DNA of 64,000 nucleotides from positions 5,674,483-5,738,482 of the forward strand of contig SMSO01000032.1 in assembly GCA_004764695.1 (NCBI GenBank). Reading direction: 5' to 3'. The notes beneath the pieces were generated by a model. It was not told the DNA's origin. It searched no databases and was given only the letters and a program-made list of their open reading frames with translations. Source of the stretch: Schizochytrium sp. TIO01 (taxonomy: Eukaryota > Protista > Bigyra: Labyrinthulomycetes). Shown here one piece after another: positions 1 to 13,192 of the stretch; position 1 is the first letter of the stretch; each line of letters opens with the position of its first letter. The translations under genes and the position numbers were made by a program.

Positions 1-770
1 TGCCAGTCTCTCGAGTCCTTGAGCTCGGTCGCTACTACAACGATTTGTTGGCCAGCTTGCCAGTTGACCTTGTGTTGCAAGTAGATTTGTGTGTCACTGG
101 CAGAGGCTGTAGCAGCAAGCCGGGACCAGGTGGGATGAAAGATAGAGCCGTGTACATCAAGTACACCATTGCCCTGAGCAGTGATGCCTTTGTAGTGCGA
201 CGAGACTGGAAATGAGGACGGCCTGGACCCATGCAAGGTGATGGAGATATCACTGTGCAATCGGCATGTCTCAGAGCCTAATACAAGCTTGCCATCAACG
301 CTGATGCCCGTAGTGTTGAGCATAATGTCTTCATCTGCGAACACAAGTTCTGAACTTGCAGGAATTGTAATGAGACCATAAACTGTATCGGCAGAGACTG
401 AGCAACCACTGATGAGCACCCGTGAGTTTTCGGGTAAGGTTACGTCTTCGCCGTCTGCCGGGACAGCTGAGCCCCAAGTTGATGCATCTTCCCAAGGTAG
501 GAGTTCATCAGCGTCTTCATCAAAAGGGCAGCTCGTACGTGAGTTCCAGCCATCCGGAGGGGAATTTGGTGTCACTCGAAGCTGAACGACTTCTGTAGCT
601 TCTGCAATACCAATAAGTTCGGACGTGTCGAAGCCAGAGTCACTGGGATATGCTGGCGCAGTTGTGGTAGAGGTCACAGTGCAGCTTGCTGCCAAGGACT
701 TGGGTATGATCAGGCAAACGAGTGCTGCAAGCGCAAGAACGGAGGACACGGCCCTTCGTTGTCTTGCCAT
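1..770 (-). CDS. G8 domain-containing secreted protein (TMEM2/CEMIP/fibrocystin-like N-terminus), 5' part; continues past window start
   Basis: Manual translation from ATG at 770: MARQRRAVSSVLALAALVCLIIPKSLAA (signal-peptide-like), then ...LLPWEDASTWGSAVPADGEDVTLPENSRVLI...ITLHG...LDVHGSIFHPTWSRLAATA...VNWQAGQQIVVVATELKDSRDW. This is the typical G8 pattern plus its downstream segment. No stop inside the window, so it is absent from the ORF track. Confidence 0.85.
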   Translation of the reverse strand, partial: MARQRRAVSSVLALAALVCLIIPKSLAASCTVTSTTTAPAYPSDSGFDTSELIGIAEATEVVQLRVTPNSPPDGWNSRTSCPFDEDADELLPWEDASTWGSAVPADGEDVTLPENSRVLISGCSVSADTVYGLITIPASSELVFADEDIMLNTTGISVDGKLVLGSETCRLHSDISITLHGSRPSSFPVSSHYKGITAQGNGVLDVHGSIFHPTWSRLAATASASDTQIYLQHKVNWQAGQQIVVVATELKDSRDW

Positions 771-1842
771 CTTGCGACTGATGTGTTAGTACAATGGTGG
801 ACAGCTCTGTGCGACTGTTTCTTAAGTGGTCCCGCCAACTCTAGGCACAGCGTGGACGTGTGCAATTGGTGTTTTGCATTGCATCGAAAGTTTCTAAATT
901 TGACGATTTCAAGGTACAACACCTTGATGATGGTGTATTGCCCCTCGGGGGTAGGTTATATACTTTTAAATTTTATCCACTAGAATCGGTAGTAATCCAT
1001 TAACTAGTGATAGTAATATCATATCCCTCATTCAAAGTTCGAGTCTTTTTTGAGTGTTTTTTATTTTCCAATTTTTTACAATAAAAAAAGAAAAGTACCT
1101 AGTAGGCCCGGTAGTAAAGGTATTGCTGTAGACACTTTCACTGACATTGGGAGCAAAAGCTACTACCTAGGTAGGTAGTACAGAGTGGTAATAATACTGC
1201 CCTTTGAAAACACTTTAGTCAGGGTACCTCCCTAGCTAGGTACCTACGTCCCAGAGAATTGGAAATGCTTGGATTCACATACGTATAGGCCTATATAGAA
1301 TCATTTTATGCTCGTTATCTTGGCTGTGAACTACCTTCCAATAGTTATATGTAACATCAATAATGCACACATTTTAAATTGTGATTTCATTCCTTTTAAT
1401 AAAATAATCATTATTTTTGTTTATAAAATTATATACACAGCCTCGCCAAAAGATCACGATGGGGTGTGTTTTTTATGTGCATATTATGAAAATGAAAAAT
1501 GTGCGCACGCCATCCACCCCTTTGTAATTCGTCTTGGAGAATGATACACAGTGGACAGGAGGTACACATTATAGAGCTGCAATAAAGCGCACGCCCAATA
1601 GTGAACTAGTCGTGTGTGCAACTTTAGAGCCACTCTCGGACTCAGCTCATTGCTGATATTGGCCCTTTTGCAAGATGGCGATTAGGATTACTTTCTTCCA
1701 TCATTCTTAAACAAGCAAGTACTTGCAGTGCAGTACAATCTTATCAAGCTGGACCAGAAAACAAAGGATCACTTTTGATCACACTCTATGGACGTTGTCT
1801 TCGTTAAAGGTGTTGACCATTAAGATGTTGCTCAACCTGTTG

Positions 1843-1846
<4 letters not shown>

Positions 1847-1891
<45 letters not shown>
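1847..1891. repeat. (TA)n microsatellite
   Basis: About 22 perfect TA units. Confidence 0.95.
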
Positions 1892-1896
<5 letters not shown>

Positions 1897-2305
1897 TATA
1901 AAAAACAACAAGGGTGGAGGTATTTCGACAGCAGAGATTTTAAGCATACTTGTAGCGAGTAAACAATGTTTTGAGTTGACATTTACTCTAGTTGAAAGAT
2001 CAATTTAGATATCCTCTGACTAGCAACATTGGTACGATGCGCTTGTCGGCTATCAACTCTCGTCTCCAGTTGATTCGTTTTAATAGCCCCATATGCAGAA
2101 CAGCTCATTTCAAACTCCTACCATTGAGTGACCGTACTGGGTTCAGTTTTTTTAAAACCAAAGTTTCTTTACTTACTTTTATTTTAAAATGACACGGACT
2201 AACATGCTGCGGAATACATGAGAGTCCTTCCTTGGATATGCTTTCTCATCAAGATTACAATTTAAAAAATTGAAAAAAAAAAAAAACGGGAAAAAAAGGT
2301 AAGGA

Positions 2306-2424
2306 AACATTCAACACCGGGGCTTCGCATGCAGTCCCCTATCATACTACTGACCCGGCCCTACGCGACTTTACTTCTCAGTGCGAATGAGATGAGGTGT
2401 TACCCGCGTGGTATGATCGAATGT
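2306..2424 (-). rRNA. 5S rRNA (dispersed copy 1)
   Basis: ~119 nt, ACATTCGATCATACCACGCGGG...CCCCGGTGTTGAATGT, with complementary ends (helix I). Identical to the copy at 13074-13192. T-runs downstream and TATAAATA at -30. Confidence 0.9.
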
Positions 2425-5400
2425 GATAGAGTGAGTCGAATTGTGGTATTTATACTCTAGACCGTCATTTCATTCTTTTTATATAAAAAGTAACAACGCA
2501 GAAAGTAGCTTTCCTTCGAGTCTCTCTGGCCTCTGCCATGAAGACAAAAGCTTCCTTGCAGGCTTTCTGCTACGAAGTGTTTTATCTGTCTTTCTTGAGA
2601 TACAAGCTAATGCCGAGCGACAGTAAAGTTAGTAAACAGCAAGTCTGCTCTTTTTTTCGACAAAACAGAAACATATAACTTTCTCAACAAGTGATGAATT
2701 TCTGTTTTAGATTAACACTACTGAGAAGGAAAACTGACACAGTACTACGTCATGACTTCGCAAGGCTCAAAGGAACACCTCCATGACAAGACCATGGTGA
2801 AGCGTCAGTCAACATAGTGATGCGTCTATGTCACGGAAGGAAGGGGACGAAGCAAGCCTGGAAATGAGTTTGCAAGACAATCCGACAAGGTTAGTAAAGC
2901 TATAGGTCCTCTACTCTCTTATTTGAGTTGAAGCATGTGCCTTTCGAGCAATCGATTATTTATTCTGTGAATATTACAAATCTTTTGTGCATGATAAAGA
3001 AATGCCTCATATTTCTTTCCCAAGCACGAAAGTATCCGACATGATTGAGAAATTCCAGACCTGTCTTACATAGGTTAATGTTTATAAGTATTTGCTTTAA
3101 TCTAGTTTGCATGGTTTAAAATAATCACATTAAGAAAAAAATGAAATTTTACACTGTTTTTTAGTTGTGGTGTTCCTTATTGTTGAGATATGCAGGTCAG
3201 AAAAGAACATCATAAATCGGAACTGGTGTACCTGTTGTTTATTGTACAGCTTGCAGTTCTGTGCTAGAAGAAAAAGTCACACTTGTTCACTTCAAGATGT
3301 TCCTTTGCATGTCCAATTCTCACCGATATAGTTTGGCTCTCTCCTTCAGAAGATTCTTCCTTTCACAGATGCAAGATGTTCTACGTTCATGATTCATTGA
3401 AGCAGCTGTGTATTTCCTGAGAAACAACAACGAGCTAATTCCCCAAGCTTGAGACAAGAAAGAAAGTTACTGGGTACTACTATTCCTATTGAGTTAACCA
3501 CCTAGATAGAATATCTAGTGTTACAAAGTTGACTATAACGAGAAGTGCGTATAAAAGCAAATGAAGGAACTAGCCAAGCACGGTTGTGCGCATTCTGTTT
3601 GGCTGTGTACTCACATGTGTCTCAACTGCTTTGACACTGACTCGAACAGCAACCTTGATGTATGTTTGAAGAACAACACAATCTTCAGTGGGAGCACAAC
3701 ACTACACCATCACAGACATCTCGTGGGAGATGCTACCCACTTAACACTTTCGTTGACACTCTCGGCACATGTTGATTAAATATGCGTGCTCCCCTCTTGG
3801 AGGCATATTGCAAGTTAGCGTGAGGCGATCACCAAGAGATAGAAATGAAGGAAAAGAAAAGTTAGAATTAATATTCAGGAACTGCTGACAAGGCCTATTG
3901 TCAAAGTCTATAGGCTTTGGTCTTGTCTTCGGCACATTGAGATGATCCGTCCGACACATAACTGTAAAACTTCGATAAGGCATAAGTATGTAGAGTCAAT
4001 AGTTTCTTTCAACAGATAAATCATAATGTAGTGTTTTTAAATTCATCATTGTAGAATATGCCTTGGAACACTGCTAAAGCTTATCATGCGAGATTCTATT
4101 AAGTCAAGTAGCCAGATTAAAATATGCAGTTCATGGGGCGCAGCAAAATTTATATCATCTGAGCTGAGATTACCAATCAAAGAGTTCTGTGGAGAAGAGC
4201 CATTGTCACACTATTATAAGTCCTCGTAGTCTAAGACTTATAAGAATATGACTATCAGATACGAAGGAGTGAGAACAAAGGAAACTTATAAGTGAATGTG
4301 TAATACACAACCAAAGACTTGTGTTGAACAAACGAGCTAGCCTAACCCCTTGAGCTCCGAGTTTTAACAGTCTTAGTCTCATACTCAGGGTATGAACTGT
4401 TCCACCTGTTCAATATCTTTACGCAGCAGCAGCTGATCATTTACTAGGACAATAAATCCTTGAATGCACAAAACTCTTGAAGTTTTGGTGCTGAGTGTTC
4501 ATCTCCAAGGTTTGCAATCGCTAACTGTGTACGCCGAAGCATAAAAAGATGCCGCCATCTTCCTATGTAACCTCTGGCTGCTTAGAGCTCTTTTAATAGC
4601 GATTGTGCACTTACTTAATAGCTTCTGTGGTATCCACAATTCTGTCATTGTCTCGCAATCTCAGATTGATGGAGTAAACTAATTCCCTTATCACTCTGTG
4701 TGTTCTTGCAATGCTCTCTTCTATAAAATCTTTGAAGAACAACTTAAAGAGGCGATCAGGAAGGCAATGTTTTGCCTTTGGAGGTTCGTTGAGTCAACTT
4801 TGTTCTGAGGGCTTAAGATGTGGAAATTTAATGGTTTTCTTGAGAAGAGTCCATGCTTCGAATAGTAAATCTGGATACATGACATATCAAGATTAAAGAG
4901 TTTCGAGGATTAAATAACTAATGGTTTCCATCTAGCTTTCAAAAGTTGTCTGGAGTGCAAAGGCTTGTGTTCAGAGTCTGATCTCTACGATTGACTTATT
5001 GTGAAATAGTAAATAGTTACCAAGAAAGAACCCCAATCTCCCTATTACTCAGGTCGTCATAGGTTCGGAGAAAGGGTTGTGTCTATAATACTACTTTTGC
5101 TCTTGCCTTTGATGGAGTTCTTATGCAAATTGTAAACGCCTAGCACCTCGCAACCGAGAGGAAATCGTCGCTGCTGAAAGGTGATACTGATTAGCATGAG
5201 GTTGACTGTAAGAATGAAGGCAAGAAGCTTGATGAAGGTTATAAGAAGGTTGATTTAAGTGTTAGCGAACTGCTGTCCTGAGGAATGAATTCCAGGACAG
5301 ATGGAGTCATGTAGTAACTAGGGAGATTAAGACATTCTTGAATGTGGTTAGATATAATCGATGGGGTTAGGTTATCCAACCTTCTCCAACCATTGATCCA

Positions 5401-6115
5401 AGCTAAACCAAGCTTGGGTGTCCGTGATGTGCATTCACACTTCTAGTTCTTGGCTTCAGCATCCTCATGAGTCTGGCTGCCTATTCTTGTTCTAATGCAA
5501 ACCTTATCTCTATTGGGTTTTACAAAGGGACACCAAGAACTCTAGCAATGTCTTGTCCACTAGTTCCTTCGATTGGAGATCTCAGCAGTCACATTAAGGG
5601 TTTCAGTGTCGTTAGAAGAACTGCATTTTGGCTTTGATGAAAAAATAAATAAAAAATTGCTTTCCGAAATGAGAACTATTAAGAACTACCAAAGAGAGTT
5701 GAATGAAAAAAGTATTTTTGAGTTTATTTTGCGACGATTTGGCTTAAACATAGAGTTTCTGATACCTTGTGGTGTTGCTGAATAAAATTATCGGAGGAAC
5801 GGAGAGAGTAAAACAAAGAAAGGATTTGTATCTAATAATAAAGTAAATATGCTCTCCTCAAACTGGAAAAATAAAGTTCAGAAAGCATATATATCATCAG
5901 TGAAATGTTAACGAATCATTACACTGTTCAAAATTATGTTTAATTTATGTTAAGTTTTAGTACGTCCCCTCACCAAGAACCTTGCCAAAAAAAAAAACAT
6001 TATAAATTTTGATCCTGTTGGTAGACGTCGGTACTGTCTGGAGGAGAGCAATTACTTTCTCGCCTTCTAGTCAACAGCGCTTACGCAAAAGATAATCATT
6101 AAAAATTCGATTAAT

Positions 6116-9100
6116 TTATTCCAATCTGAAATTTGCGCCAACAATATCTGGTGTTAGCAAAGGCGACAATAACTCTTTCAAAACGAGTCGAAGATTTCTA
6201 TCCTGAATTTTTGCATTCCAGTACTCACGCAGACGTTCAGCGCGCAGCAACTGCCACGCCTCACGAACCTGCTCAAATGAATCAGCAAAAAATGGATCTT
6301 GCCCAAGTCTTCTTGAACAGGTTCTCACATGATCATGACATGCATCTTCATCCTGAGAACTGTAGCCAAGACACCAAGCGCAGAAGTGATGACCACAAGT
6401 CTCATTACCGCACTCTACAGCACAGCAACCGGCAAAATCGTGTACATATGCCTTACAGTTCGGACAACATGTGCTCAAGATCTTCTCTTGAATATGAAGT
6501 AAATGAAGCCGTGCGTCGCGATTCTGTTCATCAGCACGTAAAACTTGTGCTATGCGCCTTTGGATCTCCTTCTCCGCCCAAACTGCTGCTTCATTTTCTG
6601 CCTTCATCTTCGCAATCAACAAAAGATGATTCAAAGCGCTTGGTGCAAGACGGGTGATTTCTTGACCTGATATCCTTCCACTACATTCAGGTTTCATGCA
6701 TGCCATCGTTCCGTCAGCATCCACTCTTACGTTAGCAAGTGGCCGTGCCGCCGCTTCTACTGAAGATTCGATACAGTCTCTGCAAAGGAAGTCTCCCTCC
6801 TCGCAGCTCGTGCCCTCGGAAAGCAGATGCTCCTCCATGCATACTAGACATATCTTGACAGGGATCTTAGGAGCTCCAAAAGCTTCATGTTGGAGTGCTT
6901 GGCGAGCGGTTGGACGCTGGCCAGGGTCTGTTGCTGTAAGAGCATCGATAAGTTTCTGCATTGCAGCGGTTCGCTCAGTAGGATACAGCTCCTTTAAGCT
7001 TATGCCCACAGAGTACATGTCCATCGCTGTTTCAAACCTATCTACAGGCCCATTCTGCAACTCGGGGCAAATGTACCGTGGCGTGGCCTGGAGTGATGTG
7101 TAAGTTGCGATGTAGTCCGCAACCTTGATGCCGTCAAAGTCGCCGATCAATGGTGTCCCGTTGCTTGTGAGGAAAATGTTTTCTGGTTTGATGTCACAAT
7201 GCACAATGCCGTGGGTATGTAAATCCGCCACACCGATAAGCAGGCCCATAGCAAGTCGGTCGCGCGCTGCTTTGCCTTCGTTAGGATGACTCTCAATCCA
7301 CTTGGCAAGGTCACCTTGCTCGTAGAAAGGCATAATAATACAACCACGCGGTACTCCATGTGCCATGTCCACAAAAGCACCAGTGATACGGATCACGTGC
7401 TGAGACACCACTTTGCCCAGATTGGCAACTTGTCTGTAGAAGGTTTTAGATTGACTTAGATGTCCAAGCTGAAACTCTTTGAGAACCATAAGTTTATCAT
7501 CTCCATCAAATACTTTCTGGACTCTCTTGCCACCTCTGGAAGCAAGGGGCTCGCCGACAGGTTTGAAGTCCGTAACTGTGACATTCGTTAACCAAAGGTC
7601 AGAACATGCTACTTCAAAAACACCCTCTGCACTTACGTGAAGCCTTTCTAGCCAGGCTCTATCTTGCAGCAACTCTGGATAATGTTCCTGCGCGTGTTGC
7701 AGAGTCTCAGCAAGCTTATGACGAAAAGCTTTGCTAAGGTCGATAGGGTTGCCTTGAGAGAGAATGAGCTCTTGTTTCTTGATACGATTTCTAAAATATG
7801 CTCGCTCTTCCTCATCCAAGTCCTCTATTTCAAGTTCTTCTTTGGCTCTCTTCAAAATTTCTGTGGCTTTCCTCGACTTGTCAAGTTTCTGGAATAATGC
7901 TTCAACATCTGAGACAGAAGGTTCTTTCAAACCCAGTGCTGCATAGTCATACAGCTCAGAGAGCTTTTCTGGTGTGCACTTGCTCGTGTCATTCAATGAA
8001 GCACATTCAGTGTATCCTTCAAATCGAGCGAATGTTGAACTTATCGCGCAAAGTATTTCCCACAATTGGGTACGAAGTGTATCTCCTTGTAGAACTTCGA
8101 TCTCTTGCTTGAGAGCACTCTCAAGTTCAGACAATTCTGGTTCTAGCTCCATGGCCTGCTCAGGTGTCCTCAGGGCAACCGATAATCCATCACCAAGTTC
8201 TAGCTCAGACAATCGAGAGATCACGCGCTTTACAGCTTGTTGGCTTCGTTCACCAATGTTGTTGTGTTGGCCTTCTCCACTCCTCTTGTACCCTTCCACG
8301 CATTGGACAGCCTGAATAACGAGTTCTTGGCAGTGTTTGAAGTCATCTGTGCTGGTCTCTTCATCGACTGGTGCAAGGTCGATCTTTAGATCGTTTACCA
8401 AACTTTCAAGTCTCACTTTGAATTCTCGCACTGCACTCTCATCACTTTCGCAAAGGTTGGCGCGAACCCATGGGTACACGACCTGCAAAAGTGAGTGCAG
8501 GTGCCTCCGTTCGGTGTTCCGCTTTTCGATGAGGCTGGGCAAGCCATTTGCAGAGCTTGCACGAATCTGGTCTTGTAGCGTGTCAAGACTCTCTTTGGAG
8601 TTTTTGATGTCAGCAGAAACCTGTCGCAACTTCACTTGGCCAAAGTAGCCCTGGATCGCCGATCCTACGAATTCCTCAAGCAAGGCAATCCCAGTCTGCA
8701 GGGAGTTCCCTCTGACCCCGCCTCGGTCCGCGCGCAAGTCCGAGACTTTCTTGGCAAGCTGCACCACATCAGCGAAACTCACGCTCGCTCCATCCGCCCG
8801 TTCTCTGAGACGAACAAGAAGACGTAAGCAAACGAGCAAAATGATGTTGAACCAGCAACAAAAGCAGAAGCAAAAGTTAGGATACCCTCTATCTCAATAA
8901 CTCAATTCGTGGAATGACTGATTACACGATCCCAAACAAAGATTAACCGAATGAACTTACCCAGATCCATCCAAAGTAGCAAGCCCGGTGCCATCAATGC
9001 CGTCTTGCTCGTTCTTGGGCTCTGCAGAAGGCTCGCTTTCTGCCGACTCTATGGAAGCATAGGAATCGAGCTCTGACGAGAAATCTGCAATGTCCTCTCC

Positions 9101-11834
9101 AGGAGAACACATTTCGAACAATTGTTTTGGGGTCAAAGACAAATTCCAATTATAGAAACTGTGGCGTTTTGCAAACGAATGAACGAAAGAAAGAGAATAT
9201 AAGTGCTGGTTAGAAAAACGATGAACGCATCTAAAGACAGCCTCGAAAGTCCATGTTAAGACATGGAGAGAACCAGCGAAGGCAAGGCTCTGCACAAGCT
9301 GGGAAGAGCAGCAGAGGGAACGGAACTTACTAGATTTTAACAGAAGGACATGCTTTGTGCAGAGACTTTGCGACGGCCTTTGCGCCCTCATCGCCAATGT
9401 TGTTCTCAGAAAGACTGTGAGTATAAATGAATAAGTTTGTTTTTTCATTCGTTGTCAGGAAAGACAGGTCCAGTCAGTTGATCCTGTTTTGTTTTGTATT
9501 TCCTCACAATAAAAAGCAATCAGCTCTTCTTCTTCTTCTTCTTCTGCTGCTGCTGCTGCTGCGTATCAAATTATATAGATTTCGTTCTTCTCTTTGTAAA
9601 AAAGAAAAGACTTCTTTGCCTTTCTTTGCGTACCCAACTACGTAAACTACTTAGGTAGTGTACCAGCAGTACTACAAACACCAAGCACTCAAAAGAAAGA
9701 AAGAAAAAGCTTCGTCCTGACTATAACGATAGCTTTCCCTCGTGGATGATTCCACAAACGTACTGTAAAGTTTGAAGGTTCTTGCATCCCTTGAGTGCCT
9801 TTGCGACGGCCTTTGCGCCCTCATCGCCAATGTTGTTCTCAGAAAGACTGTGAGTATAAATGAATAAGTTTGTTTTGTTCATTCGTTGTCAGGAAAGACA
9901 GGTCCAGTCAGTTGATCCTGTTTTGTTTTGTATTTCCTCACAATAAAAAGCAATCAGCTCTTCTTCTTCTTCTTCTTCTGCTGCTGCTGCTGCGTATCAA
10001 ATTATATAGATTTCGTTCTTCTCTTTGTAAAAAAAAAAAAAGACTTCTTTGCCTTTCTTTGCGTACCCAACTACGTAAACTACTTAGGTAGTGTACCAGC
10101 AGTACTACAAACACCAAGCACTAAAAAGAAAGAAAGAAAAAGCTTCGTCCTGACTATTACGATAGCTTTCCCTCGTGGATGATTCCACAAACGTACTACA
10201 ATTGTTGAAGGTTCTTGCATTCCTCGAGTGCCTTTGCGACGGCCTTTGCGCCCTCTGAGCCAATGTTGTTCCCCCAAAGACTATGAGTAGTATAAATGAA
10301 TAAGTTTGTTTTGTTCATTCGTTGTCAGGAAAGACAGGTCCAGTCAGTTGATCCTGTTTTGTTTTCTTTTTCCTCACAATAAAAAGCAATCAGCTCTTCT
10401 TCTTCTTCTTCTGCTGCTGCTGCTGCTGCCTATCAAATTGTATAGATTTCCTTCTTCTCTTTGTAAAAAAAAAGAAAGACTTCTTTGCCTTTCTTTGCGT
10501 ACCCAACTACGTAAACTACTTAGGTAGTGTACCAGCAGTACTACAAACACCAAGCACTAAAAAGAAAGAAAGAAAAAGCTTCGTCCTGACTATTACGATA
10601 GCTTTCCCTCGTGGATGATTCCACAAACGTACACTAAAGTTTGAAGGTTCTTGCATCCCTCGAGTGCCTTTGCGACGGCCTTTGCGCCCTCATCGCCAAT
10701 GTTGTTCTCAGAAAGACTGTGAGTATAAATGAATAAGTTTGTTTTGTTCATTCGTTGTCAGGAAAGACAGGTCCAGTCAGTTGATCCTGTTTTGTTTTGT
10801 ATTTCTTCACAATAAAAAGCAATCAGCTCTTCTTCTGCTGCTGCTGCTGCCTATCAAATTATATAGATTTCGTTCTTCTCTTTGTAAAAAAGAAAAGACT
10901 TCTTTGCCTTTCTTTGCGTACCCAACTACGTAAACTACTTAGGTAGTGTACCAGCAGTACTACAAACACCAAGCACTAAAAAGAAAGAAAGAAAGAAAAA
11001 GCTTGGTCCTGCCTATTACGATAGCTTTCCCTCGTGGATGATTCCACAAACGTACTGTAAAGTTTGAAGGTTCTTGCATCCCTCGAGTGCCTTTGCGACG
11101 GCCTTTGCGCCCTCTGAGCCAATGTTGTTCCCAGAAAGACTGTGAGTATAAATGAATAAGTTTGTTTTGTTCATTCGTTGTCAGGAAAGACAGGTCCAGT
11201 CAGTTGATCCTGTTTTGTTTTGTATTTCCTCACAATAAAAAGCAATCAGCTCTTCTTCTGCTGCTGCTGCTGCCTATCAAATGATATAGATTTCCTTTTG
11301 CCCTTCCTTCTTCTCGTTCTAGAAAAAAGAAGAAAAGAGTTCTTTGCCTTTCTAAAGTACCCAGTCTACGTAAACTACGTAGGTAGTGTACCAGCAGTGC
11401 TTTCGTTTTGATTCCTTTCCCCTACTACAAACACCAACCACTCATAAGAAAGAAAGAAAAAGGTTGGTCCTGCATATTACGATAGCTTTCCCTCGTGGAT
11501 GATTTCACAAACGTACTCTAAAGTTTGAAGGTTCTTGCATCCCTCGAGTGCCTTTGCGACAGCCTTTGCGCCCTCATCGCCAATGTTGTGCCCACCAAGA
11601 CTGTGTTTGTTTGTTTGTTTGTTTGTGAACAAGTGAGAGTAAGTATATGCCATTTCCAACTTCTTCATTAGTGCCACTACTAGTTCAAAACTATTCTTCT
11701 TCTACAAAGCTGACTGCTGCAACACATCGACGACGCGATGCCTCCTTCTTCTTTCTCCTCCTTTCTCCATCGTGCACTTACTATATCTCCGTCGTATCTC
11801 CTTTGATGTCCTTAATTCTACGTGCCGTAGTCAT
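6116..11834 (-). CDS. LRR - coiled-coil - Ser/Thr protein kinase - RING / RBR-type (IBR/Rcat-like) fusion protein, 9 exons
   Basis: Manual GT-AG splicing, all introns phase 2: 11834-11782, six 84-bp LRR exons (11600-11517, 11139-11056, 10716-10633, 10280-10197, 9847-9764, 9414-9331), 9158-8961, 8804-6116. Kinase motifs VLK, HCDIKPEN, DFD, TPRY..PE, DMYSVG. RING CLVC..C..D.LC..C..C...C. C-terminal CPNC...GCCAVEC...CGHHFCAWC. Confidence 0.85.
9331..11600 (-). repeat. Tandem exon+intron array (~423-461 bp unit, one 84-bp LRR exon per unit)
   Basis: Near-identical introns (...gtcaggaaagacaggtccagtcagttgatcc...(CTT)n(CTG)n...) recur in four units; the outermost intron is partly diverged. Confidence 0.9.
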
Positions 11835-13073
11835 CGTGTTGCAGCAGTGAGTGTCACCTTTGATGGATGGATTGATCAATAGCGTTGATTGACTTTGCTT
11901 GTCTTTGTCTTCGCTTTGCTTTGGCGCTCGAAAGAAAGAGAGAGAAAGATAGAGAGAGTAGTTTGAGTCTTTGCTCGCGCTGCTGATCAGGAACGGAGAC
12001 TCCTGCTCTGTCTTCTTCTCCTTCTTCTTCTTCGCAGCAAGGAAGGAGGAACGGGCGGACTCCTCGCGATGCCTCGCAAGTGCTTCTGCAGACCAAGCCT
12101 CGCCCACGAGTAACGAACGCGTGGAGGGGTGTGGCGCGCGAGAGGCCGCGGGGGCGTGGATATCGTGCGTGCGCGCTGCCTCGTGTTGCGGGTTTGCGAG
12201 GATGGCTGGCTTTGGCGAGAGTAGTAGGTTGCTGGGTATGATAGTTGGTTGTATACGTAGGTTAAGCGCTGCTAGTGTTTTCGAAGGTCCGTTGAGTCAA
12301 TTTTTTCCTGAGAGCGCAAGGTGTGAAAATGGATTCTGCTCTTGAAGAAAGACGAGGAGGCGTTGTGCTTCTATCAAGTCACACACAATGCAGAACGTGG
12401 TAGGAAGGTCCCTATCCATTTGTGATCGTGTATGGGTGCTATTGTTTTGGTTTGATAATATATAGCATTGAGTAGGGTTTTGTTGAGCAGAAGGAGGTCG
12501 AGTTTCGATTGTCATGGCGTTTGTGTAACGAGTAGTAGGCAAGAAGAGGTCCTTGTTTCGGGGTCAATTTGACAGAAGAGCCGAGAACTTGCAGTCTTTT
12601 CGTTGGTTTTGGTGAGGTCTTAAAGCGACGAAAACTCGTAACTGAGTCATACAAGAAATAAATTGCTATCAGATAGTAATAGGTTTGTGATGCGATCTAT
12701 GATAGATTATCTTGAGATCGGGAAAGCTTGGGAAAGAATGGAGAGCAAGCTGTCGATTTTCGGATTTCACTCAAGTTGTTGGATGTTTGCTTCACGGCTT
12801 CAATGTGAAAAAAACAGAGAGGTGCCTTCAACGATCAGAGCTGCTGGCGGCTGCGACCAAAGGTGTGCCAGAAAGAAGGGAGGAAAGTTTCAAAAAGAGA
12901 AGCATCTTTGACCGAGAGTAGATGCCTAATTGACATTTTTATATAGTGCTTTTGATCCTCTTCGGGCAGGTTTTATTCTCATGAAATTAATCTTTGACGT
13001 GTATAATAATATTGTGATATCAACCGTGGAGTTGCTTTCTTGTAGTGCAACGATAAAAAATAAAAGGGAAAAA

Positions 13074-13192
13074 AACATTCAACACCGGGGCTTCGCATGC
13101 AGTCCCCTATCATACTACTGACCCGGCCCTACGCGACTTTACTTCTCAGTGCGAATGAGATGAGGTGTTACCCGCGTGGTATGATCGAATGT
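13074..13192 (-). rRNA. 5S rRNA (subtelomeric copy 2)
   Basis: Identical to 2306-2424; followed by an oligo-T terminator; TATAAGTA at -30. Confidence 0.9.

Noticed and set aside
3561-3800. Weak actin-like peptide (NNTIFSGSTTL vs NTVLSGGTTM)
   Set aside because: The match is too short and degenerate to support without a search.
3800-5600. Possible decayed LTR-retrotransposon pol relic on the minus strand (FTV..RTDH resembles an RNase H motif)
   Set aside because: No continuous frame, no recognisable YxDD motif and no LTRs; needs tBLASTx against a repeat library.
9427-11411. Repeated poly-Leu ORFs on the + strand (also the QASK/LACL ORFs at 57416-57664)
   Set aside because: Translations of intronic microsatellites within the LRR genes.
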